Translations under genes and position numbers: made by a program
Shown: positions 26,501 through 39,240 of the stretch, piece by piece
Layout of the letters: each line of letters begins with the position of its first letter
How positions within the stretch are numbered: position 1 is the first letter of the stretch
The notes under the pieces: generated by a model
Seen by the model: the letters and a program-made list of their open reading frames with translations, nothing else
Databases searched by the model: none
Told to the model about the DNA's origin: nothing
From: Mobula birostris
Taxonomy: Eukaryota
DNA: 64,000 nt
NCBI RefSeq assembly: GCF_030028105.1
Contig: NC_092372.1
Coordinates: 128,883,492-128,947,491 of the forward strand
Reading direction: 5' to 3'

Positions 26501-28010
26501 TAATCGCTGATTTGAGTGCATTTCTATGTTACATTGACTGTTCTATTTATTATAAATTACTATGATTGCACATTGCACATTTAGATGGAGACATAATGTA
26601 AAGATTTTTACTCCTTATGTATGTGAAGGATGTAAGAAATAAAGTCAATTAAATTCAATTTAATGTGATTTCAGGGCACTAGGAGGTGCATAATAAATTA
26701 GGCCAAAATCTGCATGGTTTTCTTGCCTAATAAATCTGTTTGAATTCTCTGAGGACATACGAAGCAGAATAGACAAAGGAGAATTGGTGGATGTTGTGTA
26801 TTTGGATTTTCAGAAGGCCTTTGACAAGATTCTGCATGTCGAGGGTGCTCAACAAGTTAAGAGCCATGGTATTACAGGAAAGATCCTCGCATGGATAAAG
26901 CAATGGCTGATCGGCGGGAGGTGAAGAGTGGAAATAAAGGAAGCCTTTGCTGGTTGGCTGCCAGTGACGAGTGGTGTTCCATAGGGGTCTGTATACTCCC
27001 TAGCCCTCGACTACTTCTTTTTCTTTTTATGTTATGTGTCAATGACTTGGATGATGGAATTGATGGCTTTGGTGTCAAGTTTGCAGACAATACAAAGATA
27101 GGTTAAAGGGCAGGGCGTGTTCAGCAGCAGTGACTGCAGATGGTCTTAGACAGATTGGAGGTTAGGCAAAGAAATGGCAGATGAAGTATAGAGTAGGGAA
27201 TTGTATGGCTGTGCACTTTGATAGAAAGAATAAAAGTGTAGTCTATTTTCTGAACAGGGAGAAAATTCAAAAATCAGAGGTTTAAGGAGACTTGGGAGTC
27301 CTTGTGCAAGACTCCCAAAAAGTTAACTTGCAGGTTCATTTGATGGTAAGGAAGGTAAATACAATATTAGCATTCATTTTGAGAAGAACAGAATGCAAAA
27401 GCAAGAGTATGATGGTGAAGCTTGATAAAACATTGGTCAGATTGCACTTGGAGTATTGCTAGCAGTTTGGGTCTCCTTATCTAAGAGAAGAGGTGTTGGC
27501 ATTGGAGGAGGTCCAGAGGATGTTCATGAGAATGATTCCAGGAATAAAAGGGTTAATGTACTGCATGAGGAGTGCTTGATGGCTCAGGGCATGTACTCAT
27601 GGAATTTAGAAGGATGAAGGGAGATATCATTGAAACCTATTGAACGTTGAAATGCCTTGATAGTATGGATGTGGAGAGAATGTTTCCTGTGGTGGGGGAG
27701 TCTAAGACCAGAGGACACAGCCTCAGAATAAAAGGATGTCCATTTAGAACAGAGATGAGGAGGAATTTCTTTAGCCAGAGGGCAGTGAAACAGTATAAGT
27801 CATTTCTACAAATGGCTGTGGAAGCCAAGTCACTGAGTGCATTAAAAGTGGAGTTTGATAGGTTCTTGATTAGTCAGGTCATCAAAGGCTGCAAGAAGAG
27901 GGCAGGAGAATGGGGTTGAGGGGATAATAAATAAGCCATGAGATGGGTTGGCAGAGCAAATTTGATGGACCAAATGACCTAATTCTGCTCTTATGTTTTG
28001 TGGTCTTGTA
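23560..28010 (+). mobile_element. Decayed long CR1 LINE (ORF1 esterase end through ORF2 to 3' UTR) with nested inserts
   Basis: PEVMVHIGTND, YLNAR, LWVELKN, GVIYRP, MGDFN, NYKPVSL, VVYLDFQKAFDK, KFADNTKIG; 3' UTR ends near 28010. Confidence 0.9.
25400..26660 (+). mobile_element. Rex1/Babar 3' half nested in CR1, itself interrupted by a minus-strand CR1 3' end (~25725-26015)
   Basis: [50 protein letters not shown]; (TCAAT)n tail. Confidence 0.9.
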
Positions 28011-28468
28011 GTTTTAAGGAATGAACAAGAGGTGGAAGCTGATGTCTCTGTCATAAATTCGGATCACTCCCATCTATATTTCCAATATCTTTCTATTCTG
28101 ATCTATTTAACTAATCATCTAATTTTAAGGACCGGTCTTCAGAACAGAGTATCACTATAGCTATATTTAATGAATTATTCAAGACTTGCAGTCGTGCTCT
28201 CTCTGTGTCCTCTGCATTTGCTTTCCTGTCTCTTTTGATTCACAGGTCTACTTCAGTCAGGAGGTTGATGACCATTATTAAAATCTCCTGCAGTGAGATT
28301 GTTAGTGGGCTGACTCACTTGGTCTGTCTGTTCCCTTTGGTTGTTGATGGTCAGCAATGGTGAACTCACATTTGAATTTTACCCGACACATTTTGGATTT
28401 CAAACACAGTCTATATTTGCATTCTAGGAGACAGGAGTCATGTGAATCATTGCAAAAAAAAACTAAAA

Positions 28469-28470
<2 letters not shown>

Positions 28471-28525
<55 letters not shown>
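28471..28525. repeat. (CA)n microsatellite
   Basis: About 27 CA units. Confidence 0.98.
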
Positions 28526-28527
<2 letters not shown>

Positions 28528-28529
28528 AT

Positions 28530-28970
28530 ATAAAGAAGGAGAGTTAAGATGTTGCCTAGTGATTGCCATCTGGGAAAAAACAGCTTAATTCCTCTCTTTA
28601 ATGTTTCTTTTTTTTTTATTTTCAAGTTGGTTGGGGTTCTATTGAGGTCCTGATCTGCAAGTGGCACTCACATCTATGTGTTTTTATGGTTAATGAGCTC
28701 CCATTCCTGGAGCTCGTCGGCAGACCTCTTTCCAATATTCTCCAGGCACAGCTTGGGCATGGCGCCTCCAGGCTGTGGCCCTCGCAGCCCTGTGGATGAC
28801 TGATTTCAGGCCGGTGTTGCCGACTGAGGCGCCATGGGAGATGGAACATTAGCAGTTCGCTGTGGCAGATGTATGGAAAAGTGACACAGCAGACCGTAAT
28901 ATCGCAACAACAGCCGTCAGCCTCCCCGTTCACTCTGAAAATGACTGATATCTCTCTGTCCCTTGTCAAT
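28530..28970 (-). mobile_element. Unclassified GC-rich non-autonomous repeat, related to ~39290-39700
   Basis: Shared AAAACAG.TTAATTCC.CTCTT..TTTTCAAG.TGG.TGGGGT block. Confidence 0.5.
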
Positions 28971-28984
28971 GGGTAAACAACAGG

Positions 28985-29540
28985 ACCGCATTTGGAATAT
29001 TATGAGCAGATGTGGGCTCCTTATATAAGAAAATATGTGCCGGCAGTGGAAATGGTCCAGAGGAGGTTCATGAGAATAATTCTGGGAATGAAAGGCCTGT
29101 CATACTGTATGAGGAGCATTTGATGGCTCCGGGCCTGTACTCAGTAGTATTTAGAAGAACGAAGGTCATCTCATTGAAGCCTATCAAAGGCCGAGAGAGT
29201 GGATGTGGAGATGATGCTTCCTATAGTGGGGAGGTCTAGGGCCATAGGGAAGGCCTCGGAACAGAGGTATGTCCATTTAGAACAGAGATGAGGAAGAATT
29301 TTTTTTAGCCACGGGGCAGTGAAGCTGTGTAATTCATTGCCATGGATGGCTGTGGAAGCCAAGTCACCGAGTGTATTTAAAGCGGAGTTTGATAGGGGCT
29401 TGATTAGTCAGGTCATCAAAGGCTAAAAGAAGTCTTGAGAATGGGGTTGAGGGAGATAATAGGCAAACCATGTGATGGAATGGTGAAGCAGACTTGTTGG
29501 GCCAAATGGCTTAATTCTGCTCCAATGGTTTATTATCTTA
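28985..29540 (+). mobile_element. CR1 3' end
   Basis: Colinear with 27440-28010. Confidence 0.85.
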
Positions 29541-30559
29541 TGGAATGAACAAGTGGTGGAAGCTGATGACTCTGTCATAAACTTGAATCCCTCCCATCTA
29601 TATTCTCAATGTCTTTATATTCTATCTATTTAACTAATCATCTACATTCAAAAACCAGCCTTCATTACAGAGTGCCACTAATATTATACTCGATGTGTTA
29701 TTCATGACTTGCTGCCATGCTCTCTCTGTGTCTTTTCATTTGTGTTCCCAATTCTTTTCATTTGCAGGACTTCTTCAATCAGGAGGTTGATGGTCGTAAT
29801 TGAAGTTTCCTGGAATGAGATTGTTAGCGGGCTGACTCACTTGGTTGTCTGCTCGCTCTGGTTCTCTATGGTTAGTAATGGTGAACTCAGATTCAAACTT
29901 CACACATTTGTATTCTAGGATACAGCAATGATCTGAATCCTGGTTAGTTATTCGCAATTTATGAGACACACACTGTGTCTATGTCTCTACATTTCAAAGT
30001 TCTTTCCAAAAGCACTATAACTCAATCAGCGTATTGATATATATTTTACCTTATGAGTATTCTTGTTAAGGAAAACAACATTTTGGTTCTCTCCTCAAGT
30101 GTTCCAATCTTTCTACAAATAAAAATTTCCCAAAATGGGCCAATTTCTTTCTGAAATGTGGGCATTTCACATCCGAAATTGCAATGCACAGATTTCCATA
30201 GATTTCCATCTCACTAACCCAGATTCCATGCGGCCAGTATGGAATCTGGGTTTCTCTCTCTCACTCAAGTAAACTCACTGTGGCGATATCTCACACAATA
30301 TTTTTCAGACTCAAACCATTCACACTTTATGGGGAGGAAGGGTGCAGGTGAAATGACCCCCTTCCTACGGGAGTGGGTGGGAAAGCTCCAACCGCCACCC
30401 GACCCCTGCTGCCGCTGAATGCCCACTAATGCCTTTTGGTTTCCAGAGCAGTATATAAGGAACCCTGAGTGGAATGTGGGGGAGTCCTACAAAGGACAGA
30501 AGGTGCTGTTATTGGGGGAGAGCTTGAAGAATGACCCCTTTCCATTAATGGCTTTCTTG

Positions 30560-31330
30560 CCCCTCTTTCCCTGGCAGTTCTCCCTCCACATGGCATAGAG
30601 GATGAGAGTAGGAACCCTGTTTGCCTACACTTTCTGGACCCCAGTTCCAAACAATGCCAAGAACATGTCCTTATGGGTCACCTGGGGCCCTGCACCGCCA
30701 GGCTGTTTGTCTAACTTGTACACCCAATTACAGGGACCTTCTTCCATGTACTCTAATCACTCTAATGATCTAAATGCAGCATCTATGGTACTTCTAGCAC
30801 TGGTCCCAATAAGGGCAAAACCAATCCCTTTAAATGAGAAGCCTCTGCTTTAACTAAATACCCCACCATAGTCAGGTTACCTATGATCATCTGGTGAGTC
30901 ATAGCTACCATCGAACACACCTGCGAACAACACTCCCTGCTGAAGGACTTTTGTCCCTTCCTCAGCTGTGTTCTACTCCTTGAGGGGCTGCAACTCCCAC
31001 TCAAAGAGTAAAGGATACCTGATGTTAACTGCAACTTTCGCACTGCCCCATAGCAATTCATCACCGCTGTGGGAAGTGGGTGGCACTCTTAGGGCATTGT
31101 TAATTGTCTGGTGGCATGATGACCCCCCCCACCCCTCAAGACACCATCTCCCTGCTGGATTAGCTCACTCCAGTACCTCCTTCATCCCAGGTCCTCAGCA
31201 ACCACATGGGCAGAAGCTCCCCTGGCTTCTGCCTATACCTGTCTCCCAATTTCACTGGTTTCATAGTGGAGAACTCTCTGACAGAGGTCATCTTGGTGAG
31301 GCACCCTGTGTTATACTCCCCAAGTCCCTT
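30560..31330 (-). pseudogene. Class III (ERV-L / Fv1-like) retroviral gag relic
   Basis: Minus-strand translation with stops: REFSTMKPVKLGDRYRQKPGELLPMWLLRTWDEGG..REM..*NTAEEGTKVLQQ..SPDD..VTHKDMFLALFGTGVQKV*ANRVPTLILYAMWRE, matching ERV-L Gag motifs in order. Confidence 0.7.
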
Positions 31331-31399
31331 TCTCTTACACTTGTCCCATTCCCCCAATCTGCTGCACTTCCTCACCGCAATCCCTGAAAGTAGAAATAC

Positions 31400-31965
31400 A
31401 GGTAACTAGGATAGTGAAGAAGGCATGTGCCTTCCTTGCAAGAGAGAGAATATAAAAGATGAAACTTTACAAAACACTGGTTAGACCTCACGGCGCATTG
31501 TGTGTTGTGCAGATATGTGATTGTGCTGGAAAGAGTGCAGAGATTATTCACCAGAATGTAGCCTGGATTGGAGGACATCAGTGATGGATAGGCTGGTTTG
31601 GTTTTCCCGGGAGCAAGGGCGACTGAAGGGAGACTTGATAGAGGTACTAAAATTTGCATGAGGCATAGACAGCATAGGTAATCAAAATCTTTTTCCCCAG
31701 TCTAGCAGGATTAAAGGCTTGGGGGTTAGTTTAATGTGAAATGTGAAGCTTTGCAGGAGATTTGAACATAAAACATTACAGCCCAGTGCTGGCTTTCCCA
31801 CCCACAAAGGTTATTGAGGGGAAGTACTTTTTAAAATGTTACACACAGAAAGTAGTTTGAAATCTGGAATTCACTGCCAGAGGTGGTGGTGGAGTCAGAT
31901 ACATTGATTATGGTGAAGAGACATTTAGACATGCACCTGAAAAGGCATGGTATAGTAGGGCACAG
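31400..31965 (+). mobile_element. Old CR1 3' fragment
   Basis: LYKTLVRPH, VLERVQRLFTRM, RLKGDLIEV. Confidence 0.75.
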
Positions 31966-31984
31966 ATCTAGCGCAGCGGCGAGC

Positions 31985-33270
31985 CTCTTCAAGTTCCTGG
32001 GTGTTACCATCTCAAAGGATCTATCCTGGGTCCAACATATTGATATAATAACGAAGAAGGCACGCCAGTGGGTATACCGTATCAGGAGATGGAGGAGATT
32101 TGGTATGTCACTAAAGATCCTAACAAATTTCTACAGAAGCATAGTGGAGAGCATTCTGATTGATTGCATCACTGCCTGGTGTGGGGCTCCAATGTGCAGA
32201 ATCAAAAGAAGATACAGAGGTATGTAAGCTCAGCCAGCTCTGTCTCAGGCACAACCCTCCCACCACTGAGGACATCGTCAAAAGGCAGTCCTCAAGAAGA
32301 CAGCATCCATCATTAAGGACCCTCACCACATGGTACATGCCTTCTTCTCATGACTACCATCAGGGAAGAGGTATAGGAGTTAGAAGACCCTCACTCACTG
32401 TTTTAGGAGCAGTTTCTTCCCCTCCACCAAGAGATTTCTGAATGGCCGTGAACCCATGGACACTACCTCACTATTCCTCTTTCACATAATTTGTTTATTT
32501 ATTGTAACTACTGATTTTTCTGTCTTGCACTGTACTACTGCCACAAAATAACAACTTTCACAACATATGAAAGGGAGGAGAAGATGGTGACGCGACGCAG
32601 CTCGCAGCGGCCACACTGATGAATGATATCTGTTATCTGTCAAGTAGGGTGCCGTGTACAATCCCGATTTGATGGAGACAGACGTGAGAGCACGGAGAAA
32701 CATCTGGTGAAACTTCTGAAATGCCTGCTTCACTGTGATCCAGAATCTCTGGAGGGGAAGGCCCCGAGTCCTCGACTTTGCTTGTTGCTCGGCGGCCGGG
32801 GCGGGGACGAAGCGCTCGGCAGAGATTGTGCTCGGTGCTCGGTGTCGGAGGGCTGGTCGGAGGCTCGAAGTTTTCGGACAGACTAAGAGTCAGCTGCGGT
32901 CGGGTGCTTCCAAAGCATCGGCAAGTTTGCGGCGCTTGGAGTTCATGGCAGGGAGAGTTTCTCCCTTCTACTGTCTGCGTGAGATGATGGGGCTATCTGG
33001 ACTTGAGACTTTTTTTTACCGTGCCCATGGTCTGCTCTTCACCAAATTACGGTATTGCTTTGCACTGTTGTAACTATATGTTATAATTACGTGGCTTTGT
33101 TAGTTTTAGTCTTAGTTTGTCCTCTGTTTCTGTGATACCTTTCTGGAGGAACGTTGTATCATTTTTTAATGCATGCATTTCTAAATGACAATAAACGAGG
33201 ACTGAGTGTCCTCATAATCTGATCTAATCTAAATATGTCAGTAATAATAAACCTGATTCTGTTTCTGAAA
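31985..33270 (+). mobile_element. Rex1/Babar 3' end with a nested non-autonomous element (~32571-33232)
   Basis: FKFLGVTISKDLSW..KKARQ..FYRSIVESIL; the insert starts GGAGAAGATGG and ends in a (TAATC)n tail; the Rex tail resumes AATAAACCTGATTCTG. Confidence 0.8.
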
Positions 33271-34189
33271 TGGGTTTAGCGTTGGGAGCAAAAACGTTGA
33301 CATTTCCCCAATGGGCCGAGTGGCTTTTTTCTGCGATTTACAACACTGTGACTCTCTGTAAATTACTGTTATATTTGTGGCTAGGAGGGATGGAAACCTT
33401 TGGCACTTTTGACTGCAAGGTATCTCCACTGAAGTTGCCGTTCTGCAAGCCAGATCTAATGCAAGGCGCTTTATGCTTGAGAGCTTTGTCTGGATCCTTT
33501 CATCATTAAAATCACACAGAAACCTGTTTTACTCTCAGCAAGCAACACAAAAATGTATAAAATTATAGGGCACTCAGCACAACAGCACAATCACTTACTG
33601 TTTCTGGCTGCAAGTGCTGAATTTACAGTTTTCTGCCCTCGCAAGTGGCTACAGGTTAAATATTGTTCCAGCTTCTTTACTATTGCTGAAAATAGGCGCT
33701 CCTTAGCTTTGTGGTGCTGCAAGTTTACAGATTGATTTGTTCAGAACTGATGTCTGTGTTTAAAATTGCTTTCTTTCATACTTACACTGCAGTGCTTAGT
33801 ACCTGTATATCTTCAACATAGTCTTCCACCGCAAAGATATGGTTAGCCATGACAAAAATTTCCATCATTTCCACTTCATTCTTTTCTTCCTAGGTAGTCC
33901 TCAGAATACACTCTGTTTTGCTGGGTTAGCCAGCGAAGTGTGTGTGTGTGTGTTTGGTGTATGGGTGCTCCCACTGCCTCTCAGGTCTATTGGCAGCCTG
34001 AGTCAGAATGGGGAGATACAAAGAGTATTTCCACCATCATGGGAGCGGCAAGGTCCAAGGTAATGTCAGGCAACCCTCAAAGACCAATGCTGTGATGAGA
34101 AAAGAACAATGACAAACAATGGCATCTCCAGGGATGTAGTGCTCTCAGTATTGTATTCTGTTGGCCTGGTAGAAATGGCAATGGCCAGG

Positions 34190-34520
34190 AATAGAAATGG
34201 TCTACAGAAAGCAATGGATACCGTCTAGGCAAAACCCTCCCACAACTGAGCACATTTACAAGGAAGCAGCAACCATTATTAAGGATCCCCACCTTGCAGG
34301 CCATGCTCTTTTCTCACTTCTACCATCAGGCTGGAGGTACAGGAGCCTTAGGTTCCACAGCAGGAACAGTTATTACCTACAACCATTGGGCTTCTGTTCC
34401 AGTTTCAACAACTTCATTCACCTGAACTTTGAACTGATCCCACAACCTACAGACTCACTTTCAAGGACTCAACAAGTTCATGTTCTCAGTATTATTTTTT
34501 TTTAATTTTAATTAATCTTC
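34190..34520 (+). mobile_element. Rex1/Babar 3' fragment
   Basis: IIKDPHLAGHALFSLLPSGWRYRSL. Confidence 0.8.
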
Positions 34521-34569
34521 TTTTGCACATTGGCTGTTTTTGAAGAATAGAACTTATAGTTCTTCATAG

Positions 34570-34850
34570 CCTAGTGACTAGCACAATGCTTTACAGACTC
34601 AGGTCCAATTCCCGCCGCTGTCTGTAAGAAGCTTGTACGTTCTTCCTGGACACGCGTGGGTTTCCTCCAATGGCTCTGGTTTCCTCCCACAGTCCAACTC
34701 CCAGTTGGTAGTTTAGTCAATCATTGTAAATTGTCCCATGATTAGGCCAGGGTTAGATCAGGGGATTGCTGGGTAGCGTGGCTTGAAGGTCCAGAAGGGC
34801 CTATTCCACACAGTATCTCAATAAATAAACAAATACATAAATAAATATTC
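34570..34850 (+). mobile_element. V-SINE (HE1-like)
   Basis: GCGTGGGTTTCCTCC..GGTTTCCTCCCACAGTCCAA; (TAAA)n tail; same family as 6651-6940. Confidence 0.75.
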
Positions 34851-35572
34851 CATTTATTAATTTCTCCTAAGTGCCTGCAAGAAAAAAAAATCTCATGATA
34901 GTGTATGATGATACACACCTACTTTGATCACATTACCTCAGACACTAAGCACAGGCTGAAATCAACATAGAACCCTAATAGCTGCAACATTTCATGGAGA
35001 GAGAAAGACATTGTAATTATCCTATTATTCTTTTTCTGAGGCAAAGTGATGCTTTTAGCTGCCTCAATGTCTTTTATTTCAAACAAATTTATTGTCACTT
35101 GATGCACCATGAGCTTCTCTGCTGTGAAATAACGCCACTTAGCCACAAAGATATCATTGCCTCAAGTTGTCATCTGTAGAGAGTATCTGCTCAATTTTAT
35201 CTGCGCTTTTTCTTTTGTTATCCAAATACCTAATTATGTGCCCTTTGGAAAATTGCAAGATCTGATCTGCCAGAGTGGGTTGGAACTTTCCCTGAAGTAA
35301 CCTTTTTACAAAAAGATTTGATTGCATAGAACCATCCTGAAGAGATATGAATGAATTTTACTAGAAAATATCTGTATATCACTGCAAATTGGAAATGGTG
35401 GCATTACTTGTGCACAAATCACTGAAAGCTAGAATTTTCAGGAAAATTGGGAGTTAAGAAGACAAGTAACATGTTGGCCTTTGGCCTTGAAAGTTACCAG
35501 AAAACGGGGTAAAAGTCAGAATCAGAATCAAATCAGGTTCTTGATCACTGACATGCCATATGTCATGAAATT

Positions 35573-35840
35573 TGGGATGGCACGATAGTGTAATGATTAG
35601 CACATTTTATAGTACTAGTGACCCGGGTTCAGTTCTCACCACTGCCTGTCAGGAGCTTGTATGTTCTCCCCGTAACCACATGGGTTTCCTTGCACAATCC
35701 AAAGATGTACTAGTTAGTAGGTTAATTAGTCGTTGTAAATTGTCCTGGGATTGGGCGAGGGATATATCTGTGATAGATGTGTGGCTTGGCTTGAAGGGCC
35801 GGAAGGCCTATTCCACACTCTATCTCAATAAATAAATAAA
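35573..35840 (+). mobile_element. V-SINE (HE1-like), internally deleted
   Basis: GGCACGATAGTGTAATGATTAGCAC head, GGGTTCAGTTC B-box, (TAAA)n tail. Confidence 0.7.
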
Positions 35841-36187
35841 TTTATTTCACAGCTGCGGTTTCAGTGCAGTACATAAAATACATTATAAATTACAATAAGA
35901 AATACAGCTTAAAAAGCTAACTGTTTAGGAATCTGATGGGAAGAAACTATTCCCAAGACACTGAGTGCCTGGCTTTGCGCTCCTCCCTGATTGTAGTAGT
36001 CCTCCCTGATGGCAGTAAATGTTTCATTGCAAGTATAAAATTCTTTTGTAGGACCACATCTGGACACTTGTCTGCTGTGCAAGCGATTGTGGAACGAGTT
36101 GGAGACAGTTCCTTGTGGAACTCTATGCGCCAGTTTTAAAAAGCTAGTGGTGCCTGTTGGGATTTGTTTGTGGAGCGGGATATCATC

Positions 36188-37120
36188 AATCAGAATCAGG
36201 TTTATTATCACCAGCATGTGAGGTGAAATTTGTTAACTTAGCAGCAGCAGTTCAATGCAATATAGTATCTAGCAGAGGGGAGGAAAATAACAATAATATT
36301 AAATAAAATAAAACATAATAATAAATAAACAAGTAAATAAATTGAATAGATTTTTTAAAAGTACAAAAACAGAAATTCCATATATTTTTTAAAAAAGTGA
36401 GCTAGTGTCCAAAGATTCAATGTCCATTTAGAAATTGGATGGCAGAGGGAAAGAAGCTGTTCCTGAATCACTGAGTGTGTGCCTTCAGACTTCTGTACCT
36501 CCTCCCTGATAGTAACAGTGAGAAAAGGGCATGCCCTGGGTGCTGGACATCCTTAATAATGGACGCTGCCTTTCTGAGACACCGCTCTCTAAGGATGTCC
36601 TGGGTACTTTGTAGCTTAGTGCCCAAGATGGAGCTGACTAGATTTACAACCTTCTGCAGCTTCTTTCGGTCCTGTGCAGTAGCCCCTCCATACCAGACAG
36701 TGATGCAGCCTGTTAGAATGCTCTCCACGGTACACCTATAGAAGTTTTTGAGTGTATTTGTTGACATGCCAAGTCTCTTCAAAGTCCCGATGAAGTAGAG
36801 CCCCTGTCTTGCTTTCTTTATGACTAGATCAATATGTTGGGGCCAGGTTAGATCCTCAGAGATCTTGACACCCAGGAACTTGAAACTTCTCACTCTCTTC
36901 ACTTCTGGTCACTCTATGATGATTGGTATGTGCTCCTTCGTCTTACCCTTCCTGAAGTCCACAATCAGCTCTTTCGTCTTACTGACGTTGAGTGCCAGGT
37001 TGTTGCTGTGGCATCACTCCACTAGTTGGCATATCTCACTCCTATACACCCTCTCGTCTCCATCTGAGATTCTACCAACAAGGGTTGTATCGTCAGCAAA
37101 TTTATAGATGGTATTTGAGC
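36188..37120 (-). mobile_element. Rex1/Babar 3' end
   Basis: ORF 36468-36902(-): VRSFKFLGVKISEDLTW..FYRCTVESILTGCITVWYG..HPGHALFSLL; KFADDT at ~37085-37105; (TCTGAT)n tail. Confidence 0.92.
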
Positions 37121-37179
37121 ATGAAGTGAGTTGGCGAGAGTTACATTTGGACTTTACATGTCACTTTTAAAAAGCAAGT

Positions 37180-39240
37180 GAGCTTGTTCAGGATTTGATT
37201 GTGGGCTGGGATTTTGCTTGGATTAATAGTACAAGGGTAAATTAGCAAGGGCAAATAAAAAGAAGCAAGTTTCAAGCAGAGTGGCCATTGTTGGAGTGGT
37301 CAAACTTTAGCAAGAACAGGCGTAGGCTGGAACTTAAGTCTGTGAAGATAGAGGCATAACAAGTGTAGGCAAGATGGTAGTTCAGGCAGTGGAATGCTCC
37401 TTCTGTGAGATGTGGGATTTCAGGGTCTCCCTATCAGTCTCCCTGGTGACTACATCTGCAGGAAGTGCACCCAACTTCAGCTCCTGACAGCCAGGTCAAG
37501 AAACTGGAGCTGGATGCACTCGGAATCATCCAGGGCACTGAAAACTTCACAGGTAGTCACACCTAGAGAGCAGGCTTCATAAGTAGATAGGTGACCATTA
37601 GGAGAAGTAAGGGGAGCACGCAGTGGCCATTCCCATCAGCAACAAGTACTGTATACCTTTTTGAATACTGCTGGGGTATATGACCGACCAGTGCACAGCA
37701 GCAGCATCCATGCCAAAGGCACTGTGTCTGCCTGGGAGGCTCTGCAGGGAAGAATAAAGTCGGGCAGGGTGATAGTTGTAAGAGACTCGATGGTTAGGAG
37801 GATGGACAGCAAATTCTGTGGCCATGAAAAAGACACAAAGACTGTGTGTTGCCTCCCAGGTGCTAGGGTCCAGGATGTCTCAAGTGGCTGCAGAAGACTA
37901 TCAAAAGGGAGGGCGAGCAGCTAGTGGTCACGATGCACATTGGCACTAATGACACAGGTAGAAAGGGGGAAGAGGTCCTGTGAAGTGAGCATAGGGAGTC
38001 AGGGTAGTGACTGAAGATCAGGACCCCCAAGGTAGTAATTTGTGAATTACTCCCAGTGCCAAGTGTTATTCAGAGCAGAAATATAATGACAGTACGGGTG
38101 AATGGGTGACTGAGGAACTGGTGCAGGGCACAGGGTTTCATATCCTTGGATTGTTGGGATTTCTTCTGGAGAAGGGATGACCTGTATAAAAAGAATGGTT
38201 TACAATTGAACCTGAGAGGGACCCATATCCTTGCCAGCAGATTTGCTGGAGTTGTTGGGCAGCTGGATGGGAACCAGAGTGAAATGGCTGCAGATGGGGA
38301 AGTTGATATACTATCTGATTCACTGAGACTATAAGGAAGGACAGGCAGATAATAAGGAAAAAATGCAGTCAATGGGATGAGTTAAAGTGTAACAAGGGCC
38401 AAAATCATTGGGATTTCTTCTGGGGAAGGTATAATCTGTACAAAAAGAATGTTTTTTACAGGAATACAGGACCGGAGGTGTTATGCTTGAATGCACACAA
38501 TATATGGAATAAGGTAGATGATTTTCTAGCGCAGTTAAATATTGGAAGGTATGACATTGTCAGCATCACTGAGTCACGGCTGAAAGAAGATCATGGTTGG
38601 TAGCTTAACATCCAAGGATACGCATTGTAATGAAAGGGTAGGCAGAGGGGATGGGTTGGCTGTCTTGGTAAAAAAATGAAATCAAATCCTTTGAAAGAGA
38701 TGACATAGGATTGGAAGATGTAGCATCTTTGTGGGTAGAGTTAAGGAACTGCAAGGGTAAAAGGATCCTGATGGAGTTATATACAGGCCTCTGAACAGTA
38801 ACCGGGAAGTGGGATATAACTTTCAATGGCAAATAGAAAATGCATGCAATTTGAAAGTCGCAGGATAGAAATATACAAAAGATGAAAAAAGATGCTAAAG
38901 GTAGGATGAGGCAACCATAGTTAACAAGGGAAGTCAAGGAGCATAAAACCAAAAGAGGAGGCATATAATATACCAAAATTAGTGGGTTTAGGGGAATGGG
39001 AAGCTTTTAAAAAAGAAATGGCGGATGAAGTTAAGAAATATTTTGCATCTGTCTTCACTGTGGAAGACACTAGAAATATGTCAGAGATTCAAAAGTGTCA
39101 TGGGGCAGAAGAGTGAGAAGTTGCTATTACAAAGGAGAAGGTGCTTGGGAAGCTGAAGGTATGAAGGTAGATGTAAGCTGGACCAGATGGACTACACCCC
39201 ATGGTTTTGAAAGAGGTAACCAAAAAGATTGTAGAGACAT
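37180..39240 (+). mobile_element. CR1 LINE 5' part (5' UTR, PHD zinc-finger plus esterase ORF1, decayed ORF2 pieces)
   Basis: MVVQAVECSFCEMWDF..DYICRKCTQLQLL at ~37374-37490; VIVVRDSMVR, VCCLPGARV, HIGTND, LNLRGTHILA; LWVELRN. Confidence 0.85.

Noticed and set aside
32615-32625. CTGATGA as a hammerhead core
   Set aside because: No correctly spaced stem II/GAAA and no stem I
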